Virus record (IMG/VR): IMGVR_UViG_3300042898_003801
Coordinates: 1-64,000 of that record
Source of the DNA: an uncultured virus (IMG/VR IMGVR_UViG_3300042898_003801)
Lineage: Duplodnaviria; Heunggongvirae; Uroviricota; Caudoviricetes
Direction: 5' to 3' (one strand)
Length of the DNA: 64,000 nucleotides
How positions within the stretch are numbered: the stretch's first letter is position 1; the number at the start of each line of letters is the position of its first letter. Both the position numbers and the translations under genes were made by a program. The notes beneath the pieces were generated by a model, which had not been told where the DNA came from, did not search any database, and saw only the letters and a program-made list of their open reading frames with translations. Positions 18,116 to 26,148 of the stretch are shown here, piece after piece.

Positions 18116-18694
18116 TTGAATAATTCAACCAACAGCATCTGCACCATCTTAGAAACATGGGGTAGTGTATTAGTAAAATTTGTAAGTCTCTTGATGGTTA
18201 TTATGATAGTGGTAAATTTTACAACTTATCATCTTGACAATCTAAAAGCAAACAACGCATTACATAAACCAGAACATGTGAGCGCAAAAGAGCGCACCCA
18301 ACAATTAGAATGCCTGACTCGTAATATCTATTGGGAAGCAGCTGGTGAGCCGTTTGAAGGTAAAGTAGCAGTGGCACAGGTTACTATGAATCGAGTGGAC
18401 AGTGGAAAATTTGCCAGCAATGTGTGCGGAGTAGTTTATCAAAAGAACATTGTATACGAAAAGGTAATTTGTCAGTTCAGCTGGTACTGTGAAGGCACAC
18501 ACAAAACTAAATCTGTGCATGGAGCCATGTGGAAAGAAAGCGAAGAAGTAGCCAAAAAAGTACTGCTTGAAGGTTTTCGATTGCCTAGTTTACAAAAGGC
18601 CATGTATTTTCATGCAGTGCATATAAAACCACAATGGGGTAAACCTGTTGTTGCTCAAATTGGAAATCACATCTTTTACGGAGAAAAAATATGA
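18116..18694 (+). CDS. Cell wall hydrolase (SleB/Hydrolase_2)
   Basis: CL..NIYWEA.GE...G..AVAQVT.NR, CQFSW, YFH, IGNHIFY; N-terminal TM. Confidence 0.9.
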   Translation: MNNSTNSICTILETWGSVLVKFVSLLMVIMIVVNFTTYHLDNLKANNALHKPEHVSAKERTQQLECLTRNIYWEAAGEPFEGKVAVAQVTMNRVDSGKFASNVCGVVYQKNIVYEKVICQFSWYCEGTHKTKSVHGAMWKESEEVAKKVLLEGFRLPSLQKAMYFHAVHIKPQWGKPVVAQIGNHIFYGEKI

Positions 18695-19014
18695 AATTTG
18701 GATTAACTTTTATTGAATCTGCAGTTCAAGGATTTAGACAATTTATTGACGAACATTTACCTAAAATTTCAGCTGAAACGCTGGGATGGTTGGCCACTGT
18801 TATTATTCATTGTGCAACCATCCCTACTTTGTTGAGCCTATTAACCGGACTCAGTGACCGCACACCCAATTTGGACATTGTGCTATTCATGTGGGCAGGA
18901 CTTATCCTAATGTTTGGCCGAGCAGTCATACTCAAAGACGCACTTAACATCATTACCATTGGTATGGGATTTATGGCACAGGCTGTTTTAATGGCTCTAA
19001 TACTATTCAAATGA
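18691..19014 (+). CDS. Three-TM membrane protein
   Basis: Three hydrophobic segments; coupled to the hydrolase gene. Confidence 0.65.
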   Translation: MKFGLTFIESAVQGFRQFIDEHLPKISAETLGWLATVIIHCATIPTLLSLLTGLSDRTPNLDIVLFMWAGLILMFGRAVILKDALNIITIGMGFMAQAVLMALILFK

Positions 19015-19583
19015 TTGAAAATTTATTTGTTATATTTGCACCAGGACTTGGCGGCAATCATCTAGCAAATTTAATTGGATTATCTAGTAGATTTACACGC
19101 AATACTGATCTTAGTAAATATCGGCCGGGCATAAAAACTGCACATCTGGCTGATATATCAAATCTACAAGAAAAATCTTTGTTGGATAATTTGCCACAGT
19201 TACAGATCCAAAGCAACGTGTTATGTGGACATTTAGCAGAATATCTTTGGATACAACAAAAACAAATTGATAAATTTTTTATAAATCGTAAATTTTTAAT
19301 AATAACATTTCCAAAAAAAAATACTGCAGCTTATGATAGGCTGCTAAAATTTTGTCCAAATTTTAAGAACTATTGGTTCCATGAACAAACCAGTTTATAC
19401 TCTGTTCAATATATGGAAAAATTATTTGGTGAAAAAGATTTTTTTACACTGAATGCTGAAGATATATTTACAGAACAAGTTGATCAAATAATCAAATTTA
19501 TAGAATCAGAACTTGTTACGCAAATTGATGCAAAACTTGCCCAAAAGTTGCACACTATATGGTATAAATCAGTAACAGGTTGA
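19011..19583 (+). CDS. Sulfotransferase-like (P-loop) protein
   Basis: FAPGLGGNHLAN; paralogue of 41451..42068. Confidence 0.45.
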   Translation: MIENLFVIFAPGLGGNHLANLIGLSSRFTRNTDLSKYRPGIKTAHLADISNLQEKSLLDNLPQLQIQSNVLCGHLAEYLWIQQKQIDKFFINRKFLIITFPKKNTAAYDRLLKFCPNFKNYWFHEQTSLYSVQYMEKLFGEKDFFTLNAEDIFTEQVDQIIKFIESELVTQIDAKLAQKLHTIWYKSVTG

Positions 19584-19608
19584 CCAATAACTAATAACTT
19601 GTTATAAT
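19580..19608 (+). promoter_or_regulatory. sigma70-type promoter
   Basis: TTGACC-17nt-TATAAT; -35 contains the upstream TGA stop. Confidence 0.8.
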
Positions 19609-19639
19609 TGACTATTCACACATGATTACAGGATAAATT

Positions 19640-20032
19640 ATGAGCATGCATTTACACCATCCTTCGTTGAGTCTAAATGGTAAACGCAAGGGCAAGATAA
19701 AATTTCGTAATGCCGATGAAGCACGTAAGGCCCGTGAGCTAGATGCGTCATGGAAAGAATTGCTTAAAAAACAAGGCATCGAAGCTGAAGAAAAAAAGCG
19801 TAGTCGTGCCATGAAAGCAGAGACCTTGACTTATAGCCTTCCTACTCCTATAGGTCGTACAGATACAAAACATATTCCTAGTTTAAATTCAGGCGCCGGT
19901 GTTGCCACAGTAGCACCAGCAAAAGTTTACACAGGCACCAAAGTCAAAGGTATTGCTACAATGCATAAATCAAATGCAGTACCGGTTTTCAGTGACGAAC
20001 AAGCCATAGATATTTCAAGGATGAGACGATGA
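19640..20032 (+). CDS. Conserved-type myovirus hypothetical protein
   Basis: YTG...GIATMHKSNAVPVF...ISRMRR motif. Confidence 0.7.
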   Translation: MSMHLHHPSLSLNGKRKGKIKFRNADEARKARELDASWKELLKKQGIEAEEKKRSRAMKAETLTYSLPTPIGRTDTKHIPSLNSGAGVATVAPAKVYTGTKVKGIATMHKSNAVPVFSDEQAIDISRMRR

Positions 20033-20388
20033 AATTTGACCTACAAGCATTTAATAAAAGCGAAACTTGGCGTTTACTCCAGGGCAACGCTGGCAATTGG
20101 TACCAAGAAGCCAGTGAGCCGGACCGGCAAAAATTGCAAAATTGGATGTATGGTATGCTCAATGAATCCACAGTTCAAATTGAGTTTACCAAAGCTGATG
20201 GAAGTATGCGCTCAATGACCTGCACTTTAAACGAGACCTTGGGTGCTAAACATGTAAATAAAGAGCCTGTAAACCAATCCAAAACCGTAGACAAAAAAGA
20301 AACCTGTGCAGTTTGGGATTGCAACGCCAATGGGTGGCGTAGTTTCAGATGGGATAGATTACAAAAGATAGCGGTCACAATTGAGTAA
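20029..20388 (+). CDS. SH3 beta-barrel (WYL_2/DUF2693-like) protein
   Basis: FTKADGSMR.M.CTL...VWD....WRSFR. Confidence 0.75.
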   Translation: MKFDLQAFNKSETWRLLQGNAGNWYQEASEPDRQKLQNWMYGMLNESTVQIEFTKADGSMRSMTCTLNETLGAKHVNKEPVNQSKTVDKKETCAVWDCNANGWRSFRWDRLQKIAVTIE

Positions 20389-20599
20389 AGACGATTTTAT
20401 AAAGATGGATGGTGTGGTAATAGAAGTGTTACGAAACACTACATACCGAGTAAAACTAACAGGTATTGAAAATACTGTACTAGCCTCATTGAATGGGCGT
20501 ATGCGCCAAAACAACATCAAAGTATTGGCTGGTGATATAGTAGAGATGGAGTTTAGTCCTTACGATGTAACTCGTGGACGCATAGTAAGACGTAGATAA
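20381..20599 (+). CDS. infA: Translation initiation factor IF-1
   Basis: MSKDDFIKMDGVVIEVL...GRMRQNNIKVLAGD.V..E.SPYD.TRGRI. Confidence 0.92.
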   Translation: MSKDDFIKMDGVVIEVLRNTTYRVKLTGIENTVLASLNGRMRQNNIKVLAGDIVEMEFSPYDVTRGRIVRRR

Positions 20600-20600
20600 T

Positions 20601-21212
20601 TTAAAATTTAAATTTATTTAATAGATAATCGGCTGCTATCCGATGCGAAGATTGTTTTGGATGCGACCCGTTGAATTCATAATTATTCTTTTTACACCAG
20701 GTTAAAAATCCATGATTATCAAACAACACCACACGATTCCAATCAATTAGAATTTTCAATGAACTGATATAATTATCCGGTTCTGCTAACAAATTACTGG
20801 CAATGATATCGTCGTAGTCAAATGTAAACATGTAAGGTATACCACGAGCAACAAGGAATGTCTGTGCTAATATAATTTCCTTCAAGGATGAAGATATTCC
20901 GGTATACTCCCATTGGCCAGGACCTTGATACCAGTGTTCTTCAAATCCGCAACCGGGTTTGTATGTTGCCCTGCTGGTACCCACCCATCCTTGTTCAGTT
21001 CTGAACTCGTGTCGTATAGTTGTTGTCCAATCCACCAGCACAAAATCATCAGATTCGTAGCTTTGGTATAACACCATTCTGGCAATTTTGTGATTGGAAT
21101 TGACAGGTTTGATTCGTGACACATAATCACGAGACAGATGTGTTGCTATCAACTCTGGAAATGAGTTTTTTTCCATTATAATACTGGATCCAAATGCAAC
21201 AAGTCTAGACAT
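20601..21212 (-). CDS. SGNH-like hydrolase/acyltransferase
   Basis: VAFGSS, SN..I.R, WT...R.E, HP...H. Confidence 0.6.
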   Translation of the reverse strand: MSRLVAFGSSIIMEKNSFPELIATHLSRDYVSRIKPVNSNHKIARMVLYQSYESDDFVLVDWTTTIRHEFRTEQGWVGTSRATYKPGCGFEEHWYQGPGQWEYTGISSSLKEIILAQTFLVARGIPYMFTFDYDDIIASNLLAEPDNYISSLKILIDWNRVVLFDNHGFLTWCKKNNYEFNGSHPKQSSHRIAADYLLNKFKF

Positions 21213-21213
21213 A

Positions 21214-22293
21214 CTAATACCTTTCATTTAACCAGATTCGAGAAATTTTTCCAGACGGACTCACTGGTATCAAGTCAATCTGTTCTAGCACTCGTGGCCA
21301 ACAATGTTGTCCTAGGCCAATTAAAAAATCTTTAATGGTCTGTGAATCACAGGTGCCAGTGTACAAACACTTGACACAATCTGTGCCAAAAATCACACAG
21401 TCTGTGAGATTGTCAATGTTGGATTTCAGTTGATATTCCAAGCTCACTGGATTAACTTTGATGCCGCGAACATTGATTTGATCTTTGCTGCGCCCTAATA
21501 TACGATAATATCCAGCCTCATCACGATCGGCCAAATCGCCAGTGTCGTACCATCCAGGAGCAAACACAGTAGAACCTTGAATGTAGAGATGTCCGTCCAC
21601 AATATCAGCTTCTATTCCGTCGGGCAAACCCACAGTGCCCGGTCGTTGTTCTCCATGCAAAGGATTGGTAAAACATTGACTCAAGGACTCAGTCATACCA
21701 AATGCTTCTATCACAGGCACCTGATATTTTTCTGACAGATGCTGATACAATTCCGTGGGCAAAGCCGCACTGGCAGATCTTATAAATCTCAAATGATCAA
21801 AATCCATTTGAGAAATAACTCGTAAAAAATCAGGAATAGCACTGATAAAAGTTGGATCATAGTCAGGCATGGACTTGATATTTTTTACAGGCATATAGTG
21901 TATTTCGCACCGGGCCTGTTGTATAGCCCAATACATTCCTTGTCCGTGTGCATGCCACAGAGGCATTATGCTGACATACCGATCATTTGCAGTGATATCA
22001 TAGGCAGAACAGATTCGCTGAGCCAATGTATTCACTTGATCTTGAGTAAAACTACAAAACTTGCTGTCTCCGGTGGTACCACTGGTATACCAAAGCAAGC
22101 GTTCGTTGCAGTAGTCCGCACCGTCTCTGTAGCTTTCACCTTGGTTGGTGATTAATAAACTATAGTCAGCATTGTCTAATAAATATTTTTGTCTTGATGC
22201 AGCCGCATCAGGATTGATGATCATGATACTGTAATCATCTAATTGATTGATATAATCCTGAGGGTTGTTTGCACAAATAACTGCTCGTTTCAT
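21214..22293 (-). CDS. AMP-dependent synthetase/ligase (ANL superfamily), compact
   Basis: YTSGTTG..K, PLWHAHG, FGMTE, YDTGD, GR.KD.I...G, SGKI. Confidence 0.88.
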   Translation of the reverse strand: MKRAVICANNPQDYINQLDDYSIMIINPDAAASRQKYLLDNADYSLLITNQGESYRDGADYCNERLLWYTSGTTGDSKFCSFTQDQVNTLAQRICSAYDITANDRYVSIMPLWHAHGQGMYWAIQQARCEIHYMPVKNIKSMPDYDPTFISAIPDFLRVISQMDFDHLRFIRSASAALPTELYQHLSEKYQVPVIEAFGMTESLSQCFTNPLHGEQRPGTVGLPDGIEADIVDGHLYIQGSTVFAPGWYDTGDLADRDEAGYYRILGRSKDQINVRGIKVNPVSLEYQLKSNIDNLTDCVIFGTDCVKCLYTGTCDSQTIKDFLIGLGQHCWPRVLEQIDLIPVSPSGKISRIWLNERY

Positions 22294-22332
22294 GTCAATA
22301 CTTATTGGCTCAAAATAAACAAGTAAAAGAAA

Positions 22333-23043
22333 ATGACAACTAAAAAAATTATAGGATTTGGCGATAGTTTTGTCTATGGCTCAGAACAAGAAAACAACGA
22401 CGACGGATCTTTGGGATGGCCGGGTCGCGTTGCCAACAATTTAAATTGTGAATATCATACTAGGGCAAACTCCGGATGTGGGAACGATTACATTGCACAG
22501 CAAATTTATTCTTGGTTTGCACAAAATCCAGTTGAAGACACCTTGGCAGTTATAAACTGGACTTGGATCAGTCGTTGGGATTATTATGTTTTTGACCATA
22601 AAACTTGGATTACCTTTGGCCCTACTTGTGTGCCAGCACGTCTTAAAGACTTGGTAGACCGCACTCAGGCTAAAGAAATGGTCGAGTTTTATCATTCACG
22701 AATCAATGCTGGCATACTATGGAATAAATTACGAAATTTACAAATAATATATGCGGCACAATCATATATGAAACAAAAAAATATCAATTGCATACAAACC
22801 TACATGGATTATGACATGTTTGATATTTCTTGTGAACACAAGGATTTGACTCCCGATTACATCAACGAACTGCAAAAACTAGTATATCCAGAACTAGAAT
22901 TATTTGAAGGGCAAAATTTTGTAGACTGGTCCAGAAAAAATGGATTTTTTGTGTCCAAGGGAGGAATGCATCCATTGGAAGATGCACACATTGCCGCGGC
23001 AGCTCTGTGGCAAAACCGATATGCAAATGCACTAGGCGCATAA
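22333..23043 (+). CDS. SGNH-like hydrolase/acyltransferase
   Basis: GFGDSF, GCGN, WTW..RWD, HPLEDAH. Confidence 0.7.
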   Translation: MTTKKIIGFGDSFVYGSEQENNDDGSLGWPGRVANNLNCEYHTRANSGCGNDYIAQQIYSWFAQNPVEDTLAVINWTWISRWDYYVFDHKTWITFGPTCVPARLKDLVDRTQAKEMVEFYHSRINAGILWNKLRNLQIIYAAQSYMKQKNINCIQTYMDYDMFDISCEHKDLTPDYINELQKLVYPELELFEGQNFVDWSRKNGFFVSKGGMHPLEDAHIAAAALWQNRYANALGA

Positions 23044-23051
23044 ATACCCAT

Positions 23052-23606
23052 ATGCACTACGAAATACGACAAGATTTAAATCTAGTAGAGGCCAGTACAC
23101 GGCCTGCCAAGCTGGAAACTACACCGCTGCCTTACGGTGAGAAAGACCTGGAGCCAGTATTGAGTAAAGAAAGTTTAGAATACCATTACGGGCATTTGGC
23201 CAAAGGCTATGCAAAGCGTTACAACGCAGGCGAAGGCAACGCAGATTTTAATCGTGCTGGTAGCTTTTTACACAACAAATTCTTTCCGCAATTGCGCCCG
23301 CCCAAAGGCGCCAACCGGCCACGGGGTGCGGTGCTGGCCTTAATTGAAGAGAATTTTAAAACCTATGAAGATTTTAAAATTGCAGTTAAAGAAACAGCAA
23401 TGAAAATTCAAGGTTCTGGATGGGTGTATTTGAGCACCAATGGCACAATTAAAACTATACCCAACCATGCTGTTCGCACAGACATTTGTGTGCTGATTGA
23501 TTGGTGGGAGCATGTTTGGGCCACTGATTATCAGTGGGACAAAGAAAAATACCTGGATAATATTTGGAAGATTATCGACTGGGATGTTTGTAACGAAAGA
23601 CTATGA
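23052..23606 (+). CDS. sod: Fe/Mn superoxide dismutase
   Basis: LPY...LEP, HYGH, LHN.FF, QGSGW, DWWEH. Confidence 0.88.
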   Translation: MHYEIRQDLNLVEASTRPAKLETTPLPYGEKDLEPVLSKESLEYHYGHLAKGYAKRYNAGEGNADFNRAGSFLHNKFFPQLRPPKGANRPRGAVLALIEENFKTYEDFKIAVKETAMKIQGSGWVYLSTNGTIKTIPNHAVRTDICVLIDWWEHVWATDYQWDKEKYLDNIWKIIDWDVCNERL

Positions 23607-23929
23607 TGACACTGACTGAATCAGCTACAACTAGGATACAAGACCTTATTGCAGAAGAAGGTAATCCTGCACTTAAACTGCGTGTATTTGTACAAGGTGG
23701 CGGATGCTCCGGTATGCAATACGGCTTTACTTTTGACGAAGTTGCCAACGAAGATGATTGGGATCTTGAATTCAACGGTGTCAAAGTACTGGTGGATTCA
23801 ATGAGCGGCCAATATTTAACTGGTGCAACTGTAGATTTCAAAGAAGATCTACACGGCAGTAGTTTTGTTATTCAAAATCCCAACGCAGAAACCACCTGTG
23901 GCTGCGGCAGCAGTTTTAGTCCAACCTAA
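23603..23929 (+). CDS. erpA: A-type Fe-S cluster carrier ErpA/IscA (HesB family)
   Basis: [16 protein letters not shown]...[12 protein letters not shown]. Confidence 0.9.
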   Translation: MMTLTESATTRIQDLIAEEGNPALKLRVFVQGGGCSGMQYGFTFDEVANEDDWDLEFNGVKVLVDSMSGQYLTGATVDFKEDLHGSSFVIQNPNAETTCGCGSSFSPT

Positions 23930-23986
23930 TTCCTCAAAGTTCGCAGGCTAGCAAATCTGCTAAATACTAGCAGAGGACGACTATCC

Positions 23987-26143
23987 ATGACTCAACAGAT
24001 TATCTACGTAGGTACTGCACCCAATGATGGTGCTGGTGATCCTATACGAACCGCGTTTATAAAAACCAATGACAATTTCAGTGAGTTGTATGCTCGTGTG
24101 CAGGTTGATCCACCAACCACTTTAATAGGCAAAGTGGGCGACGAAATTGGCTACTATTCTCCTACAGCTGATTATTTGTACTATTGTTTTGCCAATTACG
24201 ATGGCTCAACTGTGATTTGGGCCCAGATTACAGCTATTGGAAATATATCTGCTACCAAGATAGAAAATGGTACCAGTGTTATAGAAATCATTGATCCCAA
24301 TGGCAACGCTAATGTCAGCATAAACGGCACTGGCAATGTGGCAGTTTTTGCCAACACTGGCGTTTATGTGTCTCAACTCAGTGCCATTGGTAATATTTCA
24401 ACTGCTAACTATGTTCTTGGAAATGGTGCATTTTTAAGCGGATTGCCAGCAACTTATAGCAATGCCAATGTTGCAGACTTTTTACCTGTGTACAGTGGCA
24501 ACATTGCTGCGGCATATGTTTCGTCGTCGGGCAATGTTGTAGGCGGTAATCTTTTAACTCTGGGCAATGTATCAGCCCAGGGCACAATCAACGCTCTAGG
24601 CAATATTGTCACCAGTGGATATTTTGTTGGCACGTTTGTGGGCAATGTCACAGGCAATTTTGTGGTTCCAGGGGCCAACACCCAGGTTATTTTCAACACC
24701 AGTGGCAATGCTGATGCAGTAGCAGGAATGACCTACAACAAAGATGCCAACACATTTGCTGTGCTGGGAATTGTATCTGCTCAGGCCAATGTTATAGGTG
24801 GCAATTTACTAACTGCTGGATTGATCTCAGCTTCGGCCACAATCACTGGCGGCAATTTGGCCACTGGCGGCACTGTGAGTGCCAGTGGCAATGTTATAGG
24901 TGCAAATCTAGTGACTGCAGGAATTGTCACTGCCACAAACACCATCACTGGCGGCAATTTGGCCACTGGCGGCACTATAAGTGCTAGCAGCAACATAACC
25001 GGCGGCAATTTACTTGCCAGCGGATTGATTTCGGCTGCCGCAAATATCAATTCAAATGCCACAATAAATGTAACTAATAATATCAACGCTGGCGGAAACA
25101 TAACCGCAACCAATTACACAGGAACACTGGTCAGTGTGGCAGGCAATGTCACTGGCGGCAACATACGCACCGCTGGATTGATCAGTTCAACTGGCAACAT
25201 AACTGGCAATTACATTCTTGGCAATGGTGCCTGTTTGACCGGCGTTATAACCAGTGTGGCAAATATCAATAATGGCACAAGCAATATCAGTATTCCGTCC
25301 ACCGACGGTAATATTATTGTCAGTGTCAACAACAACAGTGAAATAGTAACATTTACCAACACCGGTATATTGGCCAATGGTATAGTATCAGTTGTTGGTA
25401 ATGTGACAGGTGGTAATCTTTTAACTGTGGGATTGATTAGTTCAACTGGCAATATGACCGGTGGTAACATAAGTGCTACTAACCATACAGGAACCACTAT
25501 AAGCGTCACCGGCAACATAACTGGTGGTAATATAGCCACTGCTGGATTGATCAGTACCAGTGGTAATGTCACCAGCAGTAATATCAATGCTAATGTATAC
25601 GGAGTAACTGTCAGCGCCAGTGGTAATGTAACTGCTGGCAACCTATCAGTGGCCACTGGCACTATCACAGTTGGCAATATTGTCAATGCAAACGGTAACG
25701 CAGTTGGTAATATTGGTAGTGCTGCAAATTATTTTAACACAGTATTTGCATTGGCCACATCAGCTCAGTACGCTGACTTGGCAGAATGTTACCTAGGTGA
25801 TGCATACTATATGCCAGGAACAGTGGTGAGTTTTGGCGGTGTCGCCGAAATTACGTTTTGTGATACAGATCAAGATCCAGCAGTGGCCGGAGTTGTATCT
25901 ACTAGGCCAGCGTACCAGATGAATACCGGGTTAACAGGTGACCATGTGACCACAGTGGCACTAATGGGGCGAGTTCCTTGCCAAATACAAGGCCCGGTTG
26001 TTAAAGGTGCATTAATGGTGTCAGCTGGTAATGGTCGTGCTCGGGCACAGATAAATCCACCAGCAGGAACCATAATTGGCAAGGCACTGGAATCCTTTGA
26101 TGGTGATGTTGGAACAATTGAAATTGTAGTTGGAAGAGTTTGA
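23987..26143 (+). CDS. Tail fibre/virion fibre protein with repeat shaft and C-terminal chaperone-like domain
   Basis: N-terminal GTAPNDGAGDPIRTAFIKTNDNF; GNITGGN repeats; C-terminal YADLAE.Y...GVVS..P...G.VP...IIGKALE (peptidase G2/IMC-like). Confidence 0.75.
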   Translation: MTQQIIYVGTAPNDGAGDPIRTAFIKTNDNFSELYARVQVDPPTTLIGKVGDEIGYYSPTADYLYYCFANYDGSTVIWAQITAIGNISATKIENGTSVIEIIDPNGNANVSINGTGNVAVFANTGVYVSQLSAIGNISTANYVLGNGAFLSGLPATYSNANVADFLPVYSGNIAAAYVSSSGNVVGGNLLTLGNVSAQGTINALGNIVTSGYFVGTFVGNVTGNFVVPGANTQVIFNTSGNADAVAGMTYNKDANTFAVLGIVSAQANVIGGNLLTAGLISASATITGGNLATGGTVSASGNVIGANLVTAGIVTATNTITGGNLATGGTISASSNITGGNLLASGLISAAANINSNATINVTNNINAGGNITATNYTGTLVSVAGNVTGGNIRTAGLISSTGNITGNYILGNGACLTGVITSVANINNGTSNISIPSTDGNIIVSVNNNSEIVTFTNTGILANGIVSVVGNVTGGNLLTVGLISSTGNMTGGNISATNHTGTTISVTGNITGGNIATAGLISTSGNVTSSNINANVYGVTVSASGNVTAGNLSVATGTITVGNIVNANGNAVGNIGSAANYFNTVFALATSAQYADLAECYLGDAYYMPGTVVSFGGVAEITFCDTDQDPAVAGVVSTRPAYQMNTGLTGDHVTTVALMGRVPCQIQGPVVKGALMVSAGNGRARAQINPPAGTIIGKALESFDGDVGTIEIVVGRV
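24842..24976 (+). repeat. 33-bp exact direct repeat within 51-nt-period coding repeats
   Basis: atcactggcggcaatttggccactggcggcact at 24842-24874 and 24944-24976. Confidence 0.85.
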
Positions 26144-26148
26144 ACACC

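Noticed and set aside
24842..24976. Fibre-gene repeats as diversity-generating retroelement TR/VR
   Set aside because: Repeats are in-frame structural units without adenine-specific mismatches; no reverse transcriptase in the window
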